A stretch of DNA of 63,733 nucleotides, counting the filler. It is 9 parts of 9 records of this genome, joined end to end, with 100 filler letters (N's around TTAATTAATTAA, not from the genome) between each part and the next. Parts side by side here need not be neighbours in the genome. Positions count along the whole stretch, not along the records: positions 52,332 to 58,165 come from SRR7504441_6152; positions 58,266 to 63,733 come from SRR7504441_6171; 7 more parts are not named here. The stretch is one strand, 5' to 3'. Below, piece by piece: positions 52,746 to 62,041 of the stretch (the first letter of the stretch is position 1; every line of letters begins with the position of its first letter). The translations under genes and the position numbers were made by a program. The notes beneath the pieces are model-generated. The model was not told the origin of the DNA and did no database searches. It worked only from the letters and a program-made list of their open reading frames with translations.

Positions 52746-55714
52746 CTACCGGGCCGAGACAATCTCGTGGCCGTCAATCATGTCTAAATCAGAATTGCGA
52801 GCAAACTTGTAATCTGCAACGAGCTCCACCCCGGCGGGGACTTTGCTCAGCGCCGCCACTTCGACCACTGGGTATGGCAATGTTTTCTTGCTTGGTTTCA
52901 GTTTAAACTCCACATTCGGCCTAGTAGATACGCCATGAAATGAATTGATGAACCTAGTTTCGTTGCCATGTAGCTGAGCATCTATTATGAGCCCCTTGGA
53001 CCGATCGTAATCCAACTCGTAGCGTGAATTTCCTTGCCTTGAGGTTGTATCAGCGACACGCCGAACCAGACCTGTGTATTGGCCTATGATGTCGTCTTTC
53101 TTCCAGCCTTGTGCTGCAAAAAGCCCAAACTCCACTTGGCTATTCTGACCAAATGCTGGATGGCCTTGCTTCACAGGCCTGATCTCAACTCCTTTCATCA
53201 GCACCGGCCGATTCACCAGTTTCTGAATAGCCTCAGCACCGCTCCACATCAGCATCGGTGTGAACAGCACTTCCTCGGGCCAAAACTTTGGCGAAACAAT
53301 CTGTTCGTCATAGTCCTCTTCGTTGATCTCCTCATCCTCAGCTGAAGAAGGCGGTTTCCACCCCTCAAGCAATTGTGTTTCTCGTGCCTGACGCCTGCTA
53401 GGTTCTCGCGGCAGCGTCGTTGGGGTCTGTACCCCTCTCTGCTCGGACCTACAGGCATTTCGCTGGGCACGCGCATTGGTCGCCTCTTGACGTGCCCTCT
53501 CCCGTTCGGCCTGCTGGCGCTCGGCATGAAGGCGCGAGGCTTGCTGACGCCAGAACTGGGCATCCTTTGAGCAGCGCCTAGCTGAAGGTGGAGCTTTTCG
53601 AGGTCGAGGCTTGGCGCGTTTGGGTGGCGGTGGCATGTCTTCGTCGGATTGGTCGCAATTTCCGAAGATGGCAGAGGAGTATGCAACGCTATCGCACGCT
53701 AACTGGCAAGTTGTGCCGGGTTTTAGCTCGCAAAACCACTCGGATTGCTCGTTCTGGTACCTTGAAAACATTGCTTGATCGACAATTCTCCACTTTTCGC
53801 ACCTATCACACTGTAGCCAGTTGTCATCAACTTCCTCTCCAACCGCCAGCATGTTGTCAAGACGCTGGAGTGCAGCGCCTTGCTCACGAATCCTCTGCAA
53901 GTCTTGACTGTGCTGGCGGCCCGCTATAGTCGATCTCTGCACTCCGAGCTCTGCCAGCACGTTCTGTGATTCATTGGTTGTAGCGTAACTCTCCATTTTT
54001 GTTGGCAGTTGCTTCCGAAGGCTGGCCATTGTCACTGTCTCTTTGTAACTCTGCTTGTTATGTGTCGGTTTGCCATTGGTAGTCTCGATCACCCCCACCA
54101 CCCCTTGCAAGCACTCATGATCCTCTAACATGGTTCCGAGTCGGTGGTATGGCATTATTAGTCTCGGGATGCCATCCCCCTTGCGGTTGTAAAAGAGCAG
54201 CCCGCGAACGTCTGATAGCTCAGTCGTTTCTTGCTGCACGGTTACACAGTCCACGTGGCAAATCCTCTTCAGTGATACCTTAGATTCCCGCCTTTCTATT
54301 TCCTTGACGTTTGCCTCAGTGTAATACACATCGGCTCTGGTTCCTTGGCTGCTCTCGTGCACATTCTCGACTCGTGCATGGTAGTACTTCTTGTGGGGCC
54401 GCCACCACACATCCACTGCATACAGCAGGCTCACAGCCCTATCATCGCAGCAACGCACCGCTCAGCCCTTTCCGCAACTCTTCTGGTGTTACCTGCCGCC
54501 TCTCTTCTGGTTTCACTGTGACCTGCCTACCCTCAACCCGACCCGCTGCCCACCAATACCAGGTTCACCCCAAAAGACACCTGGGCAGTCGGGACTGGAG
54601 CGTCGCAGCGATCACATCTCTTAACTCCGTTGCATACACGGATGCTAGTACCACCACACACCCCATCACGTTCGACGTCCTCCTCGCATCTGAATGTCAA
54701 GGACGGCTTAAAGCTCACAACTTTCTTGAGTAACGTCAGCGCATTCACCGGCTCTACGGGCACCCCGCTGATTCGAATCTGAGTTGTTGGATTCAAGTAC
54801 AATATCTTACAATAAGCTCGGAGGGACCGCTTCCATTGAGACGAGAGAGGCGCATGCACTGCATTATCGGTCGGGACCTCAACTTCGGTCAGCCTCAGGT
54901 CGCCAGGCTCATCAAGCTCCCACGCATCGTGCAATGCACTCACCAGCACCATGGTGCCAGACCTAGCTGTGCCTAATTTGTCATCCACCAGTCCGAGCAG
55001 GGCCGCCTCAGTCTTCAGGCCAGAGTACCGCAGCACGTACCCGAGATCCCGATCCCACCGTTGCTGCCCATGGTGAATCACTGGCTGATAACCATTGGCG
55101 CCACGGGTCCAGGCCGTCTCCGGAAGGTAAATCTCGTTCGCATCTGCACCGCACTCAGGGTTGCACGCAGCAGGCACGCACTCCACTCTCCCAAGAATGT
55201 CTGCGACAGCAGCATGCAGCGCAGATGAGGTGCCTGTTTCGTTATCACCAGCGCGTCTTTGCCCACCCGCATCGAGCTGCTCTTGAAGCCGTTCCCGTGC
55301 TCTCCAATCTTATCCAGCCCTTTCTCGCACTGGCCGAAGCTGCACATCTTGTGCAGTTGCTCCCTATCCATCCCGGCACCGTCGTCCGTGAACAGCAGCG
55401 CGCCACCCGGCTGGCCGTCGAGCCGGACGTGCTCGATCCACACCGAGCCGGCCGCCGCATCCTGCGCGTTGTCGATCAGCTCCGCCACCGCCCCCAGCAC
55501 CTGCCCCCGGGTGAGCCCCGGCTGTGTACATGCCCGGGACCCATGTGTGCGAGGTCGAGTTGCTGTGCAGGAACTTTGGGTGGATCCCGGCGGTGCGCAG
55601 GTTGCTCAGGCCGTCCCGGGTACCTTGCCAGTCGCTGCTGGAGGCCGCGTCGGACGCTGCAGGGTTGCACCCAGCAGGCAACCGCCAGGGCATCTTGGCT
55701 GTAGCCATTGGCAT
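52746..55714 (-). CDS. MORC: MORC-family GHKL ATPase with a Tudor-like insert, CW zinc finger and C-terminal SET domain; 5 exons
   Basis: Introns 55501-55540, 55144-55181, 54523-54559 and 54416-54458 give one frame. MORC motifs HPKFLHSNSTSH.W, AELIDNA.D, DDG.GM, IG.HGNGFKS.SMRVG, SLRAYC.ILY and PTHNKQ; CW finger WLQCDRCEKWR...WFC; SET motifs GLFA, IDA...GNETRFIN and ELVADY. Confidence 0.85.
54523..54559 (-). repeat. 37-nt intron, copy A of a duplicated intron
   Basis: GTATTGGTGGGCAGCGGGTCGGGTTGAGGGTAGGCAG; 36/37 identical to 56797-56833. Confidence 0.9.
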
Positions 55715-55790
55715 CTTCTCATCAGAGGGGCGGATCTTTCCGTTGTTCCGTTGTGGTTGTGTAACCGACGCGGCCAGCCCGTGGCTCGCA

Positions 55791-58102
55791 ATGTCCCAAT
55801 TGCGCAACACGCGGCTTCATCTGGCCCAAGAGCTCCGGCAGCACCGCCCGTCGCAGCCGCCCACCCCTCGGGGCTTGACCAGGAGGGAGCGCGACCTCGC
55901 CCAGCGGAGGGAGCTGCTTGACTCGGCCTGGGCGGCCCCTCGAGAGCCTGAGAGGCACCGACTGTACGACTCCACCCCTCAGCCCGCCCCAAGAGGATTC
56001 GAGACCCCGCGACAGTACGATCCCGCCCCCAGAGGCTTCGAGACCCCGCGGCAGTACGACCCAGTCCCTCAGCCCGCTAGTGCCGATTTGCTCAGCACAG
56101 TGGAGCGCGAGAGAGGCGACGCCTTTGAGGCTGAATGCGCGTCGCTCCGGCGGGCGCAGCATAAAACCGTGCAGGAGTCCACGGGGCTGGTCAAGCAGCT
56201 GCAGGCGCCGGGCGGCCGGGCTGTCGGCGCCGAGTGCGGGGGCAGGCCCAGCTCGAGGCCCAGAGTCAAGTGGCTTCGCTGCTCGAGGACAGGGCCGAGA
56301 ACGCCGAGACTCGGCTGGCAGAGGCCCAACGGTCGGGCGCGGGGTTGGCCGAGACAGCGCAGGAGCTGCGCATGACGATCGACCAGCTGCACAGCCGAGA
56401 GACGGGTTGGCGCTCCCAGATGGAGGCCGCTGAGATGCGAGCTGCGAGGCTGGAGCATGCGCTGGGCGCAACCAAGGCCGAGCTGGCGGAGGCGGTAACC
56501 GACCTGGTTGCCTGGCGGTCAGTTGGGGGCAGTTGAAGCTAGGCGAGCTGGCCCGGGAGCACGAGTCCAAGGCGCGGGAGGCGGCCTCGGAGGAGCGGAC
56601 GAGCCGCGATATGGAGATGAGTAGGACAGAAGCTCTCCAGCGCCAGCTGGCCAAGGCAACGGCCCCATGGTCAGGCCTGACCTGTGCACAGATGCAGCGC
56701 GAGATGTCCGAGCTGAACCGGGACCGCGCCGGCTCGGATCAGCTCCACGCGCTGATTAGTCAGTTGGAGGTTGGGCTTTCTGACGAGAGGCACAAGGTAT
56801 TGGTGGGCGGCGGGTCGGGTTGAGGGTAGGCAGGTTGAAGCGGCCTTGTCTCGAGGGTCGCAGCTCGAGCTGCAGCTGGACAACGAGCGCTCGCACGCCA
56901 AGCGCGAGTCTGAACGGGCTGACTGCAGCTCGCAGGAGCTAGAGCACACGAAGCAGCTGCACATGAGCACTGTGGCCAAGCTCAGAAGCGAGATGGGCGA
57001 GATGCAGGCTACCATCGCCCGGAAGGACACGCAGGGCAGCCACGAGACTGGGCTGCTTAAGGACGAGATCGTACAGATGACACGGGCTCTTCACGCGCTC
57101 GAGAGCACCAATGAGGATCTACAGGCCAAGCTCGGGTACGCGCTGGCTGATGGTGAGGCGAGCCAGACAGAGGTGGCCAAGTTGTCTCAGCACCTGGCCG
57201 AGGCGGTGGACGAGCTGAACGAAGCCCGGTACAAGCTGCAGGGCGGCAAGCTGGATCAGGTGCCTCACACTGGGCACGGGCTGCTCGATCTCGTTGGAGA
57301 GAGGCTGGTCCAGAGGCAGCTGACGGGGGAGGAGCACGATGAGCTCGCCCGGTGCCACAAGCGGTGCAGCGAACTCGACAGCGAGCTCGCGAGGCTCCGA
57401 CCGGAGCTGGCTCAGATGCGGCTCCGTTCTGACCGGGCGGATCGCGAGAAGAGCGATGTTGCTCAGCTGCGATATGAGCTGGAAGCGGCGCAGCAGGCTT
57501 TGGAGCGAAGCTTGCAAGAGAGGGATCGGTTGCTCCGCGAGTTGGATCGAATGGCCGAGCAGAGCAGACGGCCGGTGGCACAGGACAAGAGCCCACTGGC
57601 GAGGCTGCTAGCGTTGCGGATGCTGCTGCAAGGCTGGAGATGGCGTGGGAAGCGCCGGCTATATGAGAGGTTTGCTCTCTGGAAAGAGATCTGGGCGTTG
57701 GGCAGGGAAGATGCTACGAGGGTAGCCTGCGCAACCAGGCTGATGAGGAGCTATGCAATGGTGTTGCTCGGGCCACAAGCTTTGGCGTTTGCACAGATGA
57801 GAGTCAACTACATGCTCGAGTCGAGCCTCAGGTCCGTCAAAAGCAAGAAGGTGCAAAGCAAGAAGGTGCAAGTCGACATCCACAACACCCCCCGCTCCAC
57901 TCCCCGAGGCAGGCAGGCAGCACCAGCTTCGTCATTCAGCCATGCAAACGTCGATTCTGCCATCGCAGATCACCATGCCAGGCAAAGGGCATATTCGAGC
58001 ACGACTCGAACGAGCAAAACTGTCACGGTGCCTGATGGCTTTTCGTCATTCCGACAGCGCTCGTCGTCAGCCGAGAGGCGCCACTTTTCATGGGACCAAT
58101 AG
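55791..58102 (+). CDS. Long coiled-coil protein with an N-terminal 13-aa duplication (PAPRGFETPRQYD x2); multi-exon
   Basis: Heptad-rich exons joined by introns including 56205-56245 (GC-AG) and 56797-56833. Confidence 0.65.
56797..56833 (+). repeat. 37-nt intron, copy B of a duplicated intron
   Basis: GTATTGGTGGGCGGCGGGTCGGGTTGAGGGTAGGCAG; contains an in-frame TGA, so it must be spliced. Confidence 0.9.
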
Positions 58103-58165
58103 GCCTGCAATTGGTGTGCCGCATGCAATCATTATTTACAATAAAGCCTAGATTTACAATAAAGC

Positions 58166-58265
58166 NNNNNNNNNNNNNNNNNNNNNNNNNNNNNNNNNNN
58201 NNNNNNNNNTTAATTAATTAANNNNNNNNNNNNNNNNNNNNNNNNNNNNNNNNNNNNNNNNNNNN
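58166..58265. other. Artificial contig linker
   Basis: N44-TTAATTAATTAA-N44. Confidence 0.97.
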
Positions 58266-58571
58266 CAGCAGCTCCAGGCAGCCAACTACACTGGCCCGAT
58301 GCCCAGCATGGTTACCACGACGATCCAGTCGGTCACCGATGCAAGCAGCAGCGGCAGCAGCAGCAGCAATGAGTACCTGATCGCGGTGGCCATCGTTGTC
58401 GCCGCAGTTCTGGTGCTAGTGGCGGTGCTGGTCGTGAGTGCGCTGGTGTACATGTACAAGCTGAACAAGAACGAGGCCCCAGCCACACAAGCCGGTGCTG
58501 ATGCTGCCCCACCTGCGATGGGAACTGTGGGGGTTTCGATGAACCCGATGCACGAGAAGGCCCAGTGCTGA
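58266..58571 (+). CDS. C-terminus of a single-pass membrane protein (5'-truncated)
   Basis: S/T-rich stalk, TM helix, basic stop-transfer segment and short tail. Confidence 0.6.
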   Translation, partial: QQLQAANYTGPMPSMVTTTIQSVTDASSSGSSSSNEYLIAVAIVVAAVLVLVAVLVVSALVYMYKLNKNEAPATQAGADAAPPAMGTVGVSMNPMHEKAQC

Positions 58572-58905
58572 GTACATGAAGCCGAGATAGATCTCACCAA
58601 TTTGAACACGGCAACTTTGATCGAGATCCAAATTGAATATTACGACGTATTGCATGCGGTACATGCATATGATTGAACAAATTGAACAATAAACACATTT
58701 CAATGCGATTTCAATTTTTAAAACTTGTGATAGTGCCTGTATTATTTCTACATACATGTAGTGCTAGTGCTGACATAAACTTGTACCATGTCATGATTGT
58801 ATCATGATTGTACAATATATTTATAATCATTCTTGAAATACTAGCGATCGATAGTGCCGGCTACAGTGTAACGATTGTGCAGGTGTGCAGCATTGAGGAT
58901 CCTAG

Positions 58906-59853
58906 CTAGCTGCCTAGTGTTTGGAGGGGAGTCCAGACCGCGTGCTCGGCCAGCTCGGTCATCGTCACACTCCGCAGGCCTTTCGCTTGCAGCCCAACCA
59001 GCAGCAGCCGCATCAGTTCAAACTCCCACTCTCTGAAACCCTTCTCCGGCATATGCATCACCAGGATCGAGCCGTGCGTCGCCCCCCGCAGCATGCAGCT
59101 GGCCAGGAACCCCGGATGTGGAATATACGGGTCGTTGGCGTAGCAGTCGATCATCACGTGCGCCATCTTGTTCCGCTCGACCGCCTCGAGCATCCCTGGG
59201 GACACATTCCCCGACGGCGCACGGAACCACCTCACTGGTTTGCCGGGGCAAAGGCTCTGGATATCCCTGTTGGTCTGCTTTAGCGCCGCCTCAAACTGGT
59301 CCAGCGGGTCTAGATCGTACTCGCGGTCTTCCGGTAGGTGGTTGGCCAGCTCGTGACCGTCCGCCACCACTTGCTCGATCTCAGGCCGGCGCCAGCCCTC
59401 CGAGTAGCCCGAGGTCATGAAGAAAGTGGCCCGGGCCGCGTGCTCGGCCAGCAGCGCGCGCACGTTGCCGATCAGCGAGTGGGCTTGGCCTTGCCGGCAG
59501 AAGCAATCGTCCACCGTGAGCGCCACCAGCCCCTCCACCCCTGGGTGCTGCCGCACGTCGAAGTAGCACAGGTTGGGCGGCGGGTAGAGCACGGGCATCA
59601 GCCGCCGGCCCAGGTGGCTCAGCAGCCACCACTTGATCATGTCGAGCCGGCACCAGAACCAGGACACTTCGCTGGCCAGCGCCGGGTCGCAGTCTTTGCA
59701 CCAGGCCCGGCGCGGCTTGTCCGCGGTCACGGCCGACATCCGGCCCTTGAGCCTGTTACGGAGCGACAGCAGGCTCAGCCCAGCTCCGCGCCCGCAGAAC
59801 AGCGAGAGCGCCGCCACCGAGAGACCCGCCACACCCCAGGCTTTGGCCGACAT
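58906..59853 (-). CDS. Polysaccharide deacetylase (CE4/NodB homology)
   Basis: VALTVDD, ATFF, GHELANH, WFRAPSG and GSILVMH motifs. Confidence 0.88.
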   Translation of the reverse strand: MSAKAWGVAGLSVAALSLFCGRGAGLSLLSLRNRLKGRMSAVTADKPRRAWCKDCDPALASEVSWFWCRLDMIKWWLLSHLGRRLMPVLYPPPNLCYFDVRQHPGVEGLVALTVDDCFCRQGQAHSLIGNVRALLAEHAARATFFMTSGYSEGWRRPEIEQVVADGHELANHLPEDREYDLDPLDQFEAALKQTNRDIQSLCPGKPVRWFRAPSGNVSPGMLEAVERNKMAHVMIDCYANDPYIPHPGFLASCMLRGATHGSILVMHMPEKGFREWEFELMRLLLVGLQAKGLRSVTMTELAEHAVWTPLQTLGS

Positions 59854-59954
59854 GCTGCTGGAGTTCAGCCGTTGCACCGCGCCAGGAGTCACGACAGGCT
59901 GGTGGCTGACGGGGCGGCTGGTTGGAGCTGGAGGGCCTTACTCAGCGGCGTGTG

Positions 59955-61808
59955 ATGGCAGGGGAGACGGGGCAGGAGGCGCTGCTGGGGGCGTGGCGGT
60001 GCGTAGAAACCAGCGGGCTGAACGCGTACCTCAAGGCGCTCAAGGTCAACTTCCTCAAGCGGAAGGTGGCCTGCGCCTTTAAGCCGAAGGTCCGGTGGGA
60101 GCTGACCGACCGTGCGGTGCTCCGGAGCACGGCCCCGTCCCCGCTAGGCGAGCGGGTGGAGGAGCATCCGGTCGGCGAGGAGATCCTCGAGAAGGATCCA
60201 AACGGCAAACGCTGGGCCCGCACCAGCGTCTGGCAGGGCAGCCGGCTGGTCACCACCGCCCGCGACCCAACCGGCAAGGCCAAGGACATCGTGACCGAGC
60301 GCTGGGTGCGGGAGGACGGCCGGCTGATCCAGCTCTGCACGCAGGGCGCTGTAAGCTTCGAGCGGGTCTTTCAGCGCAAGACAACCAAGCCGCCGCCACC
60401 ACCCCCCGCACCGCCCGGCTGGCAGGCTCCGCTGCTTTTGCGGGTGGGGTTCCCGGAGCTCACCGTGCGGCAGTGGCGGGCAGTGGCGCTTAATATGTGC
60501 CTCGAGCTAATCGGCGCGTATGGTGCCATAATTGGACTCTTCTCGCTCGCTTCTGCCCAGCCCAGCCTGAGCCTGCCTGAGGATGGGCTTTCCTACGTGG
60601 CATCGCTCACCGGGCTGGCCGGGGTGCTCTGGGGGCTGATGGCCGATGCATATGGTCGGCGGGCCTTCTTCCGTTACGGCTTGCCGCTGGCAGCGCTCAC
60701 CGAGTTGCTCAATGGAGGTGCGTTCAGCACCTGGTCGCTCGTGGCACTCTCCCTGCTCAAGGCAATGTGCCCGCGTCCACCTGGGACAGAATACCTCGTA
60801 GAGGAGCTTGGACCGACTGGCCGGGGCGCTGTGGCTGCCCTGGTCGGGCTCGGGGCTGGGCTCGGGGCGGCGGTTGGGATTGGGCTCTGGACTCTGGTAG
60901 GCAGCTACAGCTGGGGCTGGCGGGTGCTCTCTGTGCTCAAGAGCATGCCGTTATTCTACCTGTCCGCTCGGGTCTGGAGCTCGCGTGACGATTTGATCCC
61001 TGAGAGTCTCTGCTTCGCCCCCGAGTCAAAGGGCGGGCTCGCCAGGCTCGGCAGACCGATCCGCTCGCTGCTTATGGACGGCGAGAGCCGCTATACTCTG
61101 CTGGTCTGGGCACTGTACAGCGTGCTAGTCCAGCTGGTGCACAGCAGGCTCCAGCAGTATCTGTTTGTGCATCTGACAGACGACTGCAGCTATTCAGGAT
61201 CGAACACCAGCCTGCTCGCACTGATCGGCGGGCTAGTGGGCCTCCCAGTCATGCTGGCTGCGGGGGTCATGTCGGACAAAATCGGCCGGGTCCCAGTGGC
61301 CCAGGTCTGCTGGCTGGTTGGTGGGCTGAGCTATTCGCTCCTCTACTCGGCCCCTTGTGGTAGCCCACAGCTGATGGCCGGACTTGTGCTCGTGGTGGCT
61401 GTGGCACAGTTCAGCAGGATTTGTGTCACCACCGCAGTAGCCAACGAGCTGTGGCGCACCGAGCATAGGTGTCTGGCGGGGGCGCTGGTCGGGATGCTCA
61501 GTACAATGGCCACCTCGGCCGGGTTGTTGTTCTTCACTAAGCTCGAGGCAATGACGGGCCACAGAGAGGCCGAAGTGATCCTTGGGCTCATGGTGAGTGT
61601 GCTGCTTCCGGTGGCCTGGTGCTTTGTGCCAGAGACGGCCGGCCGTAAGATGAACAGCCTGCGCCACCAGCCCGGGCAGGAAGAGATCGCTCTGGAGCCG
61701 ATTGTCCCGCCCGAAGGTCAGCAGCTCAACAAGCCGCCGAGCTATGGCTCGCTCGATCACGGCCCGATCCCGGATACAAGCCCGGCTAAGCCCGAGCCCA
61801 CTGAATAA
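59955..61808 (+). CDS. Fatty-acid-binding-protein-like domain fused to an MFS transporter; single exon
   Basis: N-terminal G.W......LNAYLKAL.V....RK.A...KP...R.F.R beta-barrel pattern; polyproline linker; MFS motifs GLMADAYGRR, SDKIGR and VPETAG. Confidence 0.75.
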   Translation: MAGETGQEALLGAWRCVETSGLNAYLKALKVNFLKRKVACAFKPKVRWELTDRAVLRSTAPSPLGERVEEHPVGEEILEKDPNGKRWARTSVWQGSRLVTTARDPTGKAKDIVTERWVREDGRLIQLCTQGAVSFERVFQRKTTKPPPPPPAPPGWQAPLLLRVGFPELTVRQWRAVALNMCLELIGAYGAIIGLFSLASAQPSLSLPEDGLSYVASLTGLAGVLWGLMADAYGRRAFFRYGLPLAALTELLNGGAFSTWSLVALSLLKAMCPRPPGTEYLVEELGPTGRGAVAALVGLGAGLGAAVGIGLWTLVGSYSWGWRVLSVLKSMPLFYLSARVWSSRDDLIPESLCFAPESKGGLARLGRPIRSLLMDGESRYTLLVWALYSVLVQLVHSRLQQYLFVHLTDDCSYSGSNTSLLALIGGLVGLPVMLAAGVMSDKIGRVPVAQVCWLVGGLSYSLLYSAPCGSPQLMAGLVLVVAVAQFSRICVTTAVANELWRTEHRCLAGALVGMLSTMATSAGLLFFTKLEAMTGHREAEVILGLMVSVLLPVAWCFVPETAGRKMNSLRHQPGQEEIALEPIVPPEGQQLNKPPSYGSLDHGPIPDTSPAKPEPTE

Positions 61809-62041
61809 GCATGTACATGTACGCTTGCCAAGCGCATGCATGTATGCATTGACGACGTGTCACTTTAAGTCTATCGTGAACGATGAATTTAGACGCAGCC
61901 ACAAGCTTGATATCCGAACCTCCGAACGAGGGCTTGGCGTTTACTTAGCGTTAATTGCAGTAAAGCTTTAATATTCTCATTTTATGCCTCGTGCATTTCG
62001 GACCGGCTGCGACATGATCGCATAATGGTGCACTCATAGAT

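Noticed and set aside
1-55714. DNMT5, the PHD protein and MORC-SET as a silencing gene cluster
   Set aside because: They lie on different contigs, so their proximity is artificial.
55982-56065. 39-nt direct repeats (also 29600-29660 and 50089-50130) as CRISPR-like or mobile repeats
   Set aside because: In-frame coding duplications with no spacers and no cas or transposase genes.
10820-58265. Recurrent TTAATTAATTAA within N runs as a biological repeat
   Set aside because: Identical 100-nt spacers with stops in all six frames; a concatenation artefact.
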